IMG/VR virus record: IMGVR_UViG_3300026522_000024
Location: 52,105 to 116,104 of that record
Length of the DNA: 64,000 nucleotides
Strand: one strand, 5' to 3'
Source: a virus
Lineage: Duplodnaviria; Caudoviricetes
Shown: piece by piece, positions 46,357 through 57,196 of the stretch
Numbering within the stretch: position 1 is the first letter of the stretch
Layout: every line of letters starts with the position of its first letter
Made by a program: the position numbers and the translations under genes
The notes under the pieces: generated by a model
Databases searched by the model: none
What the model saw: the letters and a program-made list of their open reading frames with translations, nothing else
What the model was told of the DNA's origin: nothing

Positions 46357-47988
46357 ATGGCTGTAAAAGTAAAGTTAGTTGGAGCACCCGTATCTAATTC
46401 TGCTCCCAATACCAAGATTATAAAATCTAACAGTTATTCTTCCACTAATACTATAGATTTGGTGAAAGGTATACCAGCTGAAGATTTGAAGGCATATTAC
46501 GAAAATCCAATAAGACTGGCGTCAGCTATGAATTATAAGGATAAGCCATCAAGTCTTTCTTACAACATATTGTATCAGATGAGCGTAAAGAACAGTGTTA
46601 TTGCAGCAGTCATCAATACACGTGTTAATCAGGTATCAACTTTTACCAAGCCTAAGAGGTTTTCTACTGATGGTATAGGCTTTGAGGTGCGTCTCAGAGA
46701 CCCACAGGCAGTACCTACTAAAGAGCAGCAAGAAGTCATTAAGTCATTAGAAATGTTCCTAGAGAACTGTGGTTATAAGAACGACAATGATACTGATGAC
46801 TTTGATACATTCATACGTAAGATTGTTCGAGACAGCCTTACTTATGACCAGGCATGCTTTGAGGTAGTACCAGATAGGAAGGGTAAGCCAGCTCAAATAC
46901 TGGCTGTGGATGCTTCTACTATAAGGGCTGCTAGTGAGGACTATCAGGACAATACCATATGGTCCAAAAATCCTCCTAAGAAGAATGAGAAGGTGTCTTG
47001 GGTACAGGTTATAGATGGTACTGTAGTAAGCTGGTTTACCGCTAATGAAATGGCATTTGGGGTACGTAACCCACGTTCCAATATAAACCTTCAGCCATAT
47101 GGCTTCAGTGAATTGGAACAGCTTATACAGCAAATCACATCACACCTGTATGCTGAAGAATACAACAGTAAATTCTTCTCTCAGGGTGGCACTACGAAGG
47201 GTATTATCAATATAAAGTCTGACCCTAACGGTATAGGGAATAAGGAGCAACTTGACTCATTTAAGAGACAGTGGAGAGCACAAGTAAATGGTATGGCTGG
47301 CGCTTGGAAAACTCCAGTACTTCAGGTACCACAGGGTATAGAGTACATAAATGTGTCTCAATCTAATAGAGACATGGAATTTAATCAGTGGATGAATTAC
47401 CTGATTAACATTGTGTGTGCTGTATACGCTATAGACCCAGCTGAAATTAACTTTGCTAATAATGGCGGTGCTGCTGGACAGAGCAGTGTATTTGAATCCT
47501 CTCAGGAACAAAAGCTGAAGAATTCTAAGGATAAAGGCTTGAAACCTCTGTTAAGATTTGTAGAAACCATCATTAACAAGTTTGTTATTTCCAGATTTTC
47601 TGCTGAATACGTATTCTCATTTACAGGATTGGATGAGAAGTCTGAAGAGGAAAAAGCTGAGTTAGAGACAAAGCAGTCTAAAGTTTGGAAAACTGTAAAT
47701 GAGATACGTAAGGAACACGGAGAAAAGCCCATAGATGACGGTGACGTAATTCTGGATGCTAGCTGGATTAACTATCACCAGCAGACCCAGATGGCTGCTC
47801 AACAGCAGGAAATGATGGCTGGTGAAGGTGACGAAGGTGATGAATACTCTGATGAAGAAGATACTGAGGGGTATTCTGAGCCTGAAGAGTACAGTGAAGA
47901 GCAACCCTCAGAAGAAGGTTATGAAGAGGATTCTGAGGAAAATACCGAAAAATCAATGTCTAAACTTATAATAACCATAGATGATTAA
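46357..47988 (+). CDS. portal protein
   Basis: AVINTRVNQV, VRDSLTYDQ, AVDASTI, YGFSELE, FFSQGGTTKGI, DMEF.QW, SKDKGLKPLL. Confidence 0.95.
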   Translation: MAVKVKLVGAPVSNSAPNTKIIKSNSYSSTNTIDLVKGIPAEDLKAYYENPIRLASAMNYKDKPSSLSYNILYQMSVKNSVIAAVINTRVNQVSTFTKPKRFSTDGIGFEVRLRDPQAVPTKEQQEVIKSLEMFLENCGYKNDNDTDDFDTFIRKIVRDSLTYDQACFEVVPDRKGKPAQILAVDASTIRAASEDYQDNTIWSKNPPKKNEKVSWVQVIDGTVVSWFTANEMAFGVRNPRSNINLQPYGFSELEQLIQQITSHLYAEEYNSKFFSQGGTTKGIINIKSDPNGIGNKEQLDSFKRQWRAQVNGMAGAWKTPVLQVPQGIEYINVSQSNRDMEFNQWMNYLINIVCAVYAIDPAEINFANNGGAAGQSSVFESSQEQKLKNSKDKGLKPLLRFVETIINKFVISRFSAEYVFSFTGLDEKSEEEKAELETKQSKVWKTVNEIRKEHGEKPIDDGDVILDASWINYHQQTQMAAQQQEMMAGEGDEGDEYSDEEDTEGYSEPEEYSEEQPSEEGYEEDSEENTEKSMSKLIITIDD

Positions 47989-48035
47989 GATTTGTACAGT
48001 CACCTATATTATTCTATTAGTACAAGCAAAAGGGG

Positions 48036-48806
48036 GTGAAGAAATTGAAAGACTCTGATGTGTTTAGTTTTTGCTTGCCCTTTGATGTGCTTAAATCCAC
48101 TGATGCTAATTCTGATGAGTGGCGTATAGGAGGATATGCTAGTACATCTTCTGAAGACCGTCAAGGTGACGAAATAGTCCAAAAAGGTTTGGATTATGAC
48201 GATTTTGTGAACTATGGCTGGTTCAATTTTGACCACCACAATGACCAAATTCTTGGTTATCCAGATAAGAATAAGTGTAAGATTGATTCTCATGGATTCT
48301 ATGTTGAGGGTACACTCCTTAAAGGAGTAGAAATTGCTAAGAATATGTGGGAAACAGCACTTGCACTACAGAAGTCTGGGGCTAATCGGAAACTTGGATT
48401 CTCTGTGGAAGGCAAAGTATTACAACGAAATGCCCTTGGTAAGATTGTAAAAGCCAAAATATACAATGTGGCTATAACCCCAAACCCTGTTAATACATCG
48501 TGTACTTGGGATGCATTAGTTAAGTCATTTACCACCGATAAGGATGACATAGAGAAGGCTTTGGAAGCAGGTCACAGTGATGCAAGTGGTTCAGCTATCG
48601 TACCAGAATCACTGGAATCTGCATTTAAGACTTTGTCATATGCTATTGGTGATGATGAAGAAGCAAAAAACTATATGTCTGAACTTAGGAAAAAACTTCT
48701 AAACAAACAAGATATTACAAAAAGCGAATTCATACTGTATCTACAGCTCACCAAGGGGTTGTCATATGAGGCTTCTAGGGAGTTAGCAGAAACATTATCC
48801 AAGTAA
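48036..48806 (+). CDS. prohead protease
   Basis: GYAST..DRQGD, FNFDH, LGFSVEG, VAITPNPVN. Confidence 0.92.
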   Translation: MKKLKDSDVFSFCLPFDVLKSTDANSDEWRIGGYASTSSEDRQGDEIVQKGLDYDDFVNYGWFNFDHHNDQILGYPDKNKCKIDSHGFYVEGTLLKGVEIAKNMWETALALQKSGANRKLGFSVEGKVLQRNALGKIVKAKIYNVAITPNPVNTSCTWDALVKSFTTDKDDIEKALEAGHSDASGSAIVPESLESAFKTLSYAIGDDEEAKNYMSELRKKLLNKQDITKSEFILYLQLTKGLSYEASRELAETLSK

Positions 48807-48821
48807 AAGGAGGAAGGTAAC

Positions 48822-49748
48822 ATGCTTAATGACAAACTTTCAAAGAGTTTGGCAGACCTGGATGCCGCCGCAGATGAGCTGTTGAAAAAGTCTGCTGATG
48901 CTGAGGCGGATGAGGAAAAAGACAAGGACAATGAGCCTGCACCAGAAGATATTGCTGATGCTGCTCCAGCCAAGGATGATGAGAAAGATAAGGACTCAGA
49001 AGACACTGACATTGAAAAGTGTGGGGATAACCCTACCAAACTGACTAAGTCAGAGGAATCTGAGGAAGCAGAGGATGAACCCATTGAGGAAAAGACCGAA
49101 GAAAATAAAGAAGATGAAGAGAACTCTGAAGGCAATGACAATGCTGAAGAGGGAGAAGATGAGGAAGACACTACAAAAGAAGATGTTGAAAAGTCCGTTA
49201 AGGATGACTTCACAGCCAATGAAAATATCAATAAGGCACTTCAGAGCAGTGAATTCCAAGCAGCCATGGTGGATATATTGGTTAAATCTCTTAGTGAGAT
49301 TGAATACAGCATGCATTCTTCTAGCAAAGACCAAGAAAAGGCAGCGTCAGTGATGGCTAAGTCCATGCAGGCTGTCCTCCTGAGCAATAAGTCACTTTCA
49401 GCTGAGAATGAGGCTTTGAAGCGTAGGGTGAATAAGCTGGAGAAGTCCATTAGCATGGGCTTTGATAAGGTCTTGGATGCTATTGATACTATTTCCACTG
49501 AGCCAGCTCATCAGCGTAAGTCTATGGCTAGCATTAATGTACATGATAAGGATTTCAATAAGTCGCTCAATGGCTCTGGTGCTGTTGGTGGATTTGAAAG
49601 CCTTTCCAAGTCTCAGGTACTTAGTGTACTGAATAATGAGCTGTACAGCGGCAATCAGTTAGTCACAGCTCAAGATATTATCTCCTATGAGTCAGGTGCT
49701 CCTTTGAGAGTAGAATTGCAGCCACTTGTTATGAGCAAGTGTAAGTAA
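48822..49748 (+). CDS. capsid scaffolding protein
   Basis: acidic and coiled-coil, between protease and capsid, with many [LVMF]xK[SA] sites. Confidence 0.75.
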   Translation: MLNDKLSKSLADLDAAADELLKKSADAEADEEKDKDNEPAPEDIADAAPAKDDEKDKDSEDTDIEKCGDNPTKLTKSEESEEAEDEPIEEKTEENKEDEENSEGNDNAEEGEDEEDTTKEDVEKSVKDDFTANENINKALQSSEFQAAMVDILVKSLSEIEYSMHSSSKDQEKAASVMAKSMQAVLLSNKSLSAENEALKRRVNKLEKSISMGFDKVLDAIDTISTEPAHQRKSMASINVHDKDFNKSLNGSGAVGGFESLSKSQVLSVLNNELYSGNQLVTAQDIISYESGAPLRVELQPLVMSKCK

Positions 49749-49820
49749 GCCCACCAATAACCCTAGTACATAGGAACAAAAACATGTTTATTTCAGAAAT
49801 TGTATAAGGAGGAATAGAAA

Positions 49821-51263
49821 ATGTCTGTTTCAATGAATGATTATGTGGATTTTGGTCAGGGCTTCGGTACTGCTAATGCAAGTGATGTTGCTGAACTGAA
49901 TAAGGCTCTGAACACAGGGGCATATGCCCAAGCGAATGGTGTGGCTGGCCAGGTGAATGGTGCAGCACTCCAAGTTGAGTCTCTGGAGAATAGCTTGAAG
50001 GTGCTTACTTTCAGTGACCAACATGTAAAATTCTGGAAGAAGATTGCTAAGACTCCAGCTTACAGCACAGTTGAGGAATACAACCAGCTGCTCAGCTATG
50101 GCAATCAGTTCAGTGGTTTCCTGCCTGAAGGCGTGCTGCCTGAGACTGATGATAGCGAGTACAAGCGTCAGGCTTCTTTCGTGAAATTCCTTGGTACCAC
50201 CAGGGAAGTCACTCATCCGATGACTCTGGTGCGTTCTGCTCATGGTGACGTTATCGCCCGTGAGAATCAGAATGGTATCCTGTGGATTATGAAGCAACTG
50301 GAGCATGCTCTGTTCTGGGGTGATAGCACTCTTGCTCAGCCTGGCAAGGAGGGTGTTCAGTTTGATGGTCTGAACAAGCTCATCGATGGCGAAAATGTGT
50401 ATGACTGTAAGGGTGAAGACCTGAAGGACACCGACATCAACTATGGTGCTCAGATTATTCTGGAGAATTTTGGTACTCCTTCTGACCTGTATCTGCCATA
50501 TGAGGTACTTGCTACATTTAGCAATACCTTCTTCCCGAAAGAGCGTGTTATCATGCCTACTCAGGGTGCTGGCTATCAGGCTGGTCTGGTTATCAATAAA
50601 TTCCAGACTCACGGTGGTGCAGTTGAATTCCAGCCAGACCTCTTCCTGCAGAAGACAAAGCCACTTAGCAACACTGGTTCTGGTGGTACCAAGGCTCCAA
50701 CTGCTCCTGCTTCTCTTACTGTTACAATTAACACTGAGGAAGTGGATGCTAACTTTAAGGCAGGCACATACGTGTACAGCGTAACAGCTTGCAATCGTTT
50801 TGGTGAGTCTGTACCTGTTGCTGGTGATGCTTCCGCAGTTGTTACTGCTAGCGATGTTAAGAAGGGCGTGAAGCTGGTTATTACTAACTCTGCTTCCATG
50901 GTTGTGGCTCCAGATTACTTCTGCATCTATCGTTCTGAGAAGGACGGCACGAAGAAGTTCTGCGTAGCTAAGATTCCTGCTACTTCTATCAACGCCAGCG
51001 GCACAACTCAGTTTGTTGATAAGTGTGAGATTCTCGCGAATACTTACACTGCTTTCATGGGTGAGTTCACTCCAGAGGTTATTGCCTTCAAGCAGCTTGC
51101 TCCTATCATGAAGATGGATTTGGCTCTGCTTGGTCCAGCATACCGTTGGATGATTCTCCTGTATGGTGTGCCTCAGCTGTATGCTCCTAAGAAGTGGATG
51201 AAGTTTATCAATATCAAGGCTTCTAGTGACCGTACATCTAGCACTGCTCTTTACAACAACTAA
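49821..51263 (+). CDS. major capsid protein precursor
   Basis: LNKALNTG, GAALQVESLE, STVEEY, LEHALFWGD, QFDGL.KLI, LAPIMK..LA, APKKW. Confidence 0.95.
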   Translation: MSVSMNDYVDFGQGFGTANASDVAELNKALNTGAYAQANGVAGQVNGAALQVESLENSLKVLTFSDQHVKFWKKIAKTPAYSTVEEYNQLLSYGNQFSGFLPEGVLPETDDSEYKRQASFVKFLGTTREVTHPMTLVRSAHGDVIARENQNGILWIMKQLEHALFWGDSTLAQPGKEGVQFDGLNKLIDGENVYDCKGEDLKDTDINYGAQIILENFGTPSDLYLPYEVLATFSNTFFPKERVIMPTQGAGYQAGLVINKFQTHGGAVEFQPDLFLQKTKPLSNTGSGGTKAPTAPASLTVTINTEEVDANFKAGTYVYSVTACNRFGESVPVAGDASAVVTASDVKKGVKLVITNSASMVVAPDYFCIYRSEKDGTKKFCVAKIPATSINASGTTQFVDKCEILANTYTAFMGEFTPEVIAFKQLAPIMKMDLALLGPAYRWMILLYGVPQLYAPKKWMKFINIKASSDRTSSTALYNN

Positions 51264-51300
51264 GGTTTAACACCTACAAACCTATACTCACAAACCAAAA

Positions 51301-51343
51301 CAAGGGTACAGGGATGCCATATCCTTGTACCCTTGTTTATTTT
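51301..51343 (+). terminator. rho-independent terminator after the capsid gene
   Basis: CAAGGGTACAGGG-loop-CCTTGTACCCTTG then TTTATTTT. Confidence 0.75.
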
Positions 51344-51362
51344 GATGAAGGAGGATAAAATC

Positions 51363-51758
51363 ATGGCAACAGTACTTGGTACAACAATTAAGAATGGAAA
51401 GATAGCTACTTCTTTTGGAGTTTTTAACTTTGTAGAAGGCAAGGCTGATATACCTGATGATGCTGCTGAAAAGCTGGTGTCACTGCCTGGATTCCAGTAC
51501 GAAGGTGCTCAGAATGCTCCTAAACCAGAGGAAAAGCCTACACCTGAAGAGGAAGTCAAGCAGGAGGATTCTAACACTCAGGAGAGCGAAATAGAGCAGC
51601 CAGCACCACAGCAAGAGGAAAAGGTTGAGGCTAAATTTGATGAGAAAGAACTCAATACCAAAAATGTAGCTCAACTCCGCAAGATTGCCAAGGACAACGG
51701 AATTGACATTGGTGGCGCCAGCAAAAAGGACGAAATCATAGCTATTCTGATGGCATAA
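51363..51758 (+). CDS. virion-associated protein with a C-terminal Rho-N/HeH module
   Basis: IATSFGVFNF; NVAQLRKIAKDNGIDI..KKDEII. Confidence 0.7.
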   Translation: MATVLGTTIKNGKIATSFGVFNFVEGKADIPDDAAEKLVSLPGFQYEGAQNAPKPEEKPTPEEEVKQEDSNTQESEIEQPAPQQEEKVEAKFDEKELNTKNVAQLRKIAKDNGIDIGGASKKDEIIAILMA

Positions 51759-51834
51759 CAATCTGAATAATGTATGATAACCTCCCATATTATCTTAGTA
51801 TGGGAGGTTATTTTGTAAAAGGAGGTAGAGTAAT

Positions 51835-53470
51835 ATGAAGCCTTTAGGCACAACAGTAACACCTATTACTCCAGAGGAAGAACCATTCCTGCTTAAACCT
51901 GTTCCTGCTAATCTTCATGATGTAGCAGGAGAAGTTCATGGAGACATCTTATACTCTATGTATACTCTGTCTAGTACAGTAGTTGACAGGGATATAAATG
52001 TTTCTCTGATTACTACAGACCTTATTCAGCACACTGCTGGTAATGGGGTTAAAGGTTTTTGGATAGGAATTGGCATTGACTCTAGGCTTATAGACAATTC
52101 TAAGGTGTATATATCTTGGGGTGACTTGACAGATGAACAAACCTTGTCTATGGAAGCCACTGAACCAGATAGCGAACAAGAGGTAGACGGTGTAACATAT
52201 AAGACCTTCTACTTTAATGCTGGTAACGCATCTAACCATGAGAACAAGGCAACTATAATCGTAGACTATGAAGGAGTTCACTACCACTATAAACTGGATT
52301 TTGCTGCTGTAGGAATGAAGGTAGGCAATAATCTGGACGACATCATCTGGGATTCTGTTAGTGTACAAGCAATCAAGGATAAATACTTGTTCGGTATAGA
52401 CTTGTCTGACTCTAATGGCAATCCACTTCCAGAGAGTTTGTTTATACATTATCTCAACGCCTCAGTGGATTACTTACAGAATCTTCTGGACATAGTTATA
52501 TCTGAGACTGAGTTTACAGAGAAACATGATTACATCAGAAATGACTATCAGAATTGGGGCTTTATCCAGCTTGACCATAATCCTGTTAAGGAGGTTAAGA
52601 GGTTGAACCTTACTTATGGCAATAGACCTTCTATTGACATACCTTTGGACTGGATACAGTTGGACAAGCTGACAGGTCAGATTACACTGTTTCCGTCTGC
52701 TGGTTCTGCTAACAGCCTTATCATAGGACAGACTGGGCTGCTTTTCGGATTCCAGAGTCAATGGGATTATGCACCAATGCTCTGGGAAGTAGAGTATGTG
52801 GCTGGTATTGATGATAAAGACAAGAACATGCCATTTAATCTTATACAGGAAGCAGTGTTCAAGAGAGCATCAATGGGTATTTTAAACGTGTGGGGCGACC
52901 TCATTATTGGTGCAGGAATTGCATCACAAAGTGTAAGTATTGATGGATTGTCACAAAGCATCGGTAAAAAGTGCTGCTATAACCGTTATGTAGCCTAGGA
53001 ATAGCAGAGTGCCGACTACAGTGAACCTGACAAGTAGACTGTAGTAATAAAGTGAGGGAATAAGCTGGAAGGGTTTGGCTATCCTAATCAGAGAGTGAAG
53101 GCTGAAGGTAAAATCTCAGTCAACCGCAACGCATAGGTAGTGAAACTGTAGTTGAGATACTACAGAATATAATCTACCCAAGAGACCTCACTATTGGTCA
53201 GGACAGTATGCAGAATACTGTAATAAAAAGGTATGCTCATCTAAGTTGGAATTGACCAACTGTATCATGTTTTTGCAGAGAAACATGTATGGGGGAAACC
53301 TCTAGTATTGAGATAAAAAACTCAATTTACACAAGAAGTACATGACGACACAATCTGCGATGTTTGGAGGTGCCAGTGCTCGTGTACAGGAATACGCTAA
53401 AGACCTTGACGAACGCATACTTCCTGTATTACGGCAAAAATTCGGTGGGATAAGGATGGTGGTTGTGTAA
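51835..53470 (+). CDS. head completion/adaptor protein, spliced: exon 1 51835-52965, exon 2 53345-53470 (418 aa)
   Basis: Joining gives IIGAGIASQSVSIDGLSQSIG|TTQSAMFGGASAR, the conserved SPO1/Twort-like sequence; both exon lengths are multiples of 3. Confidence 0.88.
52966..53344 (+). mobile_element. group I self-splicing intron, 379 nt, no internal ORF
   Basis: Exon ends in U and intron ends in G; P1 TCGGT/GCCGA(53011) with a U.G pair; P3 GTGAGG/CCTCAC; P7 GCATA(53131)/TATGC(53232). Confidence 0.9.
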
Positions 53471-53544
53471 TAGTTTTTAGTATTTACCAATCAATTACTC
53501 TTGAACCCTTATTTTAGAGTATTAAACTCTAAGGAGGGGTATAC

Positions 53545-54645
53545 ATGAAGAGAACACCAATATTTATTGAAGAATCTTGGGAGGAATTTAAAGGCAATTA
53601 TGGATACATCTATTTAACTACTGATGTTAAACATCATAGGATGTACGTAGGCAAAAAGGAATTACCATTTTTTGATAAACACTATTTTGGTAGTGGTACT
53701 TTATTGACTAGAGCATATCGAAAAAGACCTAATGACTTTGAGTGTAAACCTATTAGTTGGGCTAAAACCAAAGAGGAACTAAATGAGCAAGAAAGACATT
53801 GGATTGAATTTTTAGAGTGTCTATCTGACGTAGACAAGCCATTATCACAGAGGGCTTATTACAACATTTTGCCAGGTGGTGATGGTGGTAGATTGACTGG
53901 AGAAAGCCTTCAGAAAATGAAGGTATCTCGTAAAGGTAAGTGCTTAGGAAAAGATAACCCAAATTTTGGAGGTAAATCACACACAGAGGAATCCAGAGAA
54001 AAATTAAGACAAGCCATGTTAGGTAAACATTTATCAGAAGAAACTAGACATAAAATTAGTTTAGGTAACACTGGTAAAAAGATGTCTGAAGAATTTAAGC
54101 AAAAACTAAGAGAAATGCATCTTGGTACAACTTTATCAGAAGAAACCAGACAAAGAATTTCTAAGAATAGAAAAGGTAAAATGACTGGCAGCAGCCATCC
54201 TCTTTTTGGTACTCATTTAACACAAGAACAAAAAGATAACTTGAGAGAAAAGAACCTGTATGGAAAATCCCCTAGAGCCAAAAAAGTGTACAAATTTGAT
54301 TTACAGATGAACCTATTGTTTGTGTATGAATCAAGAAGTCAAGTATCTATAGATGGATTTACTCCTCCTAAAATTTCTGGTGTATGCAATAAGAATGACA
54401 GGTCAAATGATACTACTTACACTTATCATGGATATATTTTTTCTAGTTACCCTGATTACCATATGAAATCCAATATCAAAGAAGTGTTAGATGTATCAAT
54501 GCCAGATTACCAAGAAAAACGCAGTAAGCAACTATCAGAAATAAACATGGGCAATTCTCATCCCCATACAGAAGAATCTAAAGAAAAACTAAGGCAAGCT
54601 ATGTATAAGAGGTTATATGGCATTACAGATGAAGAAGGTGATTAA
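53545..54645 (+). CDS. free-standing GIY-YIG homing endonuclease with NUMOD3 repeats
   Basis: GYIYLT..MYVGK..YFGSG..E..WI..YNI..GG; repeated H.SEETR.KIS; NUMOD1-like segment. Confidence 0.92.
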   Translation: MKRTPIFIEESWEEFKGNYGYIYLTTDVKHHRMYVGKKELPFFDKHYFGSGTLLTRAYRKRPNDFECKPISWAKTKEELNEQERHWIEFLECLSDVDKPLSQRAYYNILPGGDGGRLTGESLQKMKVSRKGKCLGKDNPNFGGKSHTEESREKLRQAMLGKHLSEETRHKISLGNTGKKMSEEFKQKLREMHLGTTLSEETRQRISKNRKGKMTGSSHPLFGTHLTQEQKDNLREKNLYGKSPRAKKVYKFDLQMNLLFVYESRSQVSIDGFTPPKISGVCNKNDRSNDTTYTYHGYIFSSYPDYHMKSNIKEVLDVSMPDYQEKRSKQLSEINMGNSHPHTEESKEKLRQAMYKRLYGITDEEGD

Positions 54646-54648
54646 CCC

Positions 54649-55449
54649 ATGGCACGTGTGAACCTATATGAAGAGTTATATGAGAAACTCATAAATGATA
54701 GAGGAATAGATGCCATCTGGGAACGTGCTTGCGTATGTAAGTGTGTTTCCAGAGACAGTGGTCAACCAGATTTCACCTGCCCAATATGTGGCGGCAGCGG
54801 ATACAGATACATGGATGGAAAACCCATTCGTGTGGCAGTCACCAGCATTATGTCAGATTACAGGTTGGACACATTAATGCTGAGAGAACCAGGCACAGCA
54901 TACATCACACCCAAGGCAGATATCATTATGGGTTTTCATGATAGGTTGATATTCCCAGACTTTAAGTGTACATTTTCTGAGGTAATTCACTGGAATTATG
55001 ATGAAGATGGATTAGGAGTCAGCCCAAAGACTTATCGTGATATAAAGTCAGTTATATTCATGGCTGATGGAGAAAATGAGTATGAGGAACACATTGACTT
55101 TGAGGTAACAGAAGATAAATTCCACTTGAAATGGAAGGATGTAGAATTAGCTAAGAAGTACGATGGAACCAATATGAGTTTGTTATACTACACTACTCCA
55201 AGCTATTTAGTGGATGACCTTCTGCACGAAATAAGGGCAACCATATCAGATAGGAATTCTCCAAAGGAAACATTTAGGGAGTTACCTAAGCAATACAAAA
55301 TAGTTAGGGAGGATTTTATGTACAAAGTAAAGACTCCAGAGCCATTCCCTGATGAACCTAGAGAAGAAATTGTTGATAATGTAGAGCCTAATACAGAAAC
55401 GACTGAACAGAATGAACCTATAAGTGACGGAGAAGGTACTGTAATCTAA
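54649..55449 (+). CDS. head-closure/neck protein
   Basis: WERACVCKC...CPICGG.G; synteny with SPO1/Twort-like neck genes. Confidence 0.7.
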   Translation: MARVNLYEELYEKLINDRGIDAIWERACVCKCVSRDSGQPDFTCPICGGSGYRYMDGKPIRVAVTSIMSDYRLDTLMLREPGTAYITPKADIIMGFHDRLIFPDFKCTFSEVIHWNYDEDGLGVSPKTYRDIKSVIFMADGENEYEEHIDFEVTEDKFHLKWKDVELAKKYDGTNMSLLYYTTPSYLVDDLLHEIRATISDRNSPKETFRELPKQYKIVREDFMYKVKTPEPFPDEPREEIVDNVEPNTETTEQNEPISDGEGTVI

Positions 55450-55461
55450 GGTGGTGATAAT

Positions 55462-56178
55462 ATGAGCTTTTCTATTACTGTAGATGTTAGTGACTTAAAG
55501 GTCAATGACCAGTTATCACCACAGATTACGGCAGCCATTCAATCATCTATACAAACGAGTCTTGCTATAATCAGGGATAGATGGCAAACGGACATCCAGA
55601 GAAAGCTGATGAGCTCAAGACCTTTATACTTACAAGGACTTGGATTTGATTCTGTAGTTTATCCTTTAGGCTCAGATGGATTTGCTGGTGCTGTACAACT
55701 GAAGGGAAAATTCCCTAATATGTTAGAAACAGGATTTGGTCCATTTGACATAAAGGTAGGCTTGGGAAAATCTAGTAGAGTTAAGCAAAAGAAAAATGGT
55801 GGCTGGTATATTACTGTACCATTTAGGCACTCTACACCAGGCAGCTTTATGTATGGTGCTCCAATGCCTAAGAATGTATACGCTGCTGCTAAAAAACTCC
55901 AAAATAATGGAAGATTATCATACCCAGGTGCAGGAGATAAGAGCTGGACTGGATACCAGAGGAAGAATAAAACCTATGATGGTCTCACCAGAATAGTCAA
56001 AAGTTATCAGAAAGCTACACAGAGCCAGTATATGACCTTCAGAAGAGTGAGCGACAGAAGTGACCCAATGAGCTGGTGGCACCCAGGCTACCAAGGTGTA
56101 AAAGAAGCAGAAAAACTTATGCCATTCGCAGAAAGAACTTTTGTAGACATACTAACCAATAACCTTAACGGAATATAG
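55462..56178 (+). CDS. neck/tail-completion protein
   Basis: GGWYITVPF, YMTFRRVS..S...SW.HPG. Confidence 0.7.
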   Translation: MSFSITVDVSDLKVNDQLSPQITAAIQSSIQTSLAIIRDRWQTDIQRKLMSSRPLYLQGLGFDSVVYPLGSDGFAGAVQLKGKFPNMLETGFGPFDIKVGLGKSSRVKQKKNGGWYITVPFRHSTPGSFMYGAPMPKNVYAAAKKLQNNGRLSYPGAGDKSWTGYQRKNKTYDGLTRIVKSYQKATQSQYMTFRRVSDRSDPMSWWHPGYQGVKEAEKLMPFAERTFVDILTNNLNGI

Positions 56179-56189
56179 GAGGGTGAAAA

Positions 56190-57194
56190 ATGATTCCTTT
56201 AATAGATGATTTTTTACAGAAATTCATGGTAACTAAGTTAAGATACCTAAAAGCTAATCCTAGTATGATTGGTATGATATTCCAGACTGGTCAGAGGGAA
56301 TCATTGTCTAAGTTAACACAGTTTATTACCACACAGAAGATACGTGTAGTAATAGGCTATCCTAGAGACCAGTCATCACTTCCAGCTTATGTAATAACCC
56401 TAGCACCAGAGCAAGAGCAGCCAAGTGGGTTAGGAGACAACGTACTTACATATGGACCAACTTTAGGCATGGGAGAAGAACCAGAAGACATTGCTCAAGA
56501 ATACTTAGATGATTTTGTGGCTTCTACAATGATGAATGCCAACTACCGTATAGAGTGCTGGAGTGACAATGGTGACCTAACTGCTTATATGTATGTGATA
56601 CTAAAATGGTGTCTCTGGAGCAGTAGAAAGGAAATGTTGGCTTTAGGCTGGAATAACATCAGGCTAGATGGAACTGACTTAGAGCCAGTACCAGATTATA
56701 TGCCTATCTTTGTGTATCGTAGGTCAGTATCCTTGGCTTTAACATATGATGCTTTGTATCATGAAGATGTTAACAGTATAGCTAGATTCCTAGATGTAGT
56801 TGCTCATCCAGATTTGTATGATAGGTCTGAAGATGGTAGCGTTATACAGAAAGAAACAGGAAGTGTTATCATACCTGCTAAGTACACATGGATTATCAAC
56901 CAATTCGTTGAAACCATAGGTACTGGAGAGGTATCAATAGCACAAAGCACTTATACTTTTACTGGTAGAGCAGGAGTGAAAGGATACCCTGTTATCTCAA
57001 TGTTACCAGAGCAGGGTGTTCCAGATATTCTCTATTTAGTACATGAATACCTCAAAGGAGATTATGATTACTATAAACCATGTGTATGGGATGACAATCT
57101 TGGTCAGTATATCCCATTAGCAAGCATGAAACACAATGAAAACTCATACAAAGATATTATTATAGTGAACCCTGTATCCAGTAAGGAGGAATAG
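56190..57194 (+). CDS. putative tail terminator/completion protein
   Basis: MIPLID start; position before the sheath gene. Confidence 0.6.
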   Translation: MIPLIDDFLQKFMVTKLRYLKANPSMIGMIFQTGQRESLSKLTQFITTQKIRVVIGYPRDQSSLPAYVITLAPEQEQPSGLGDNVLTYGPTLGMGEEPEDIAQEYLDDFVASTMMNANYRIECWSDNGDLTAYMYVILKWCLWSSRKEMLALGWNNIRLDGTDLEPVPDYMPIFVYRRSVSLALTYDALYHEDVNSIARFLDVVAHPDLYDRSEDGSVIQKETGSVIIPAKYTWIINQFVETIGTGEVSIAQSTYTFTGRAGVKGYPVISMLPEQGVPDILYLVHEYLKGDYDYYKPCVWDDNLGQYIPLASMKHNENSYKDIIIVNPVSSKEE

Positions 57195-57196
57195 TG

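Noticed and set aside
52966-52998. ORF-track C-terminus KKCCYNRYVA of the 51835 gene
   Set aside because: It is read-through into the intron; the true C-terminus is exon 2 (53345-53470).
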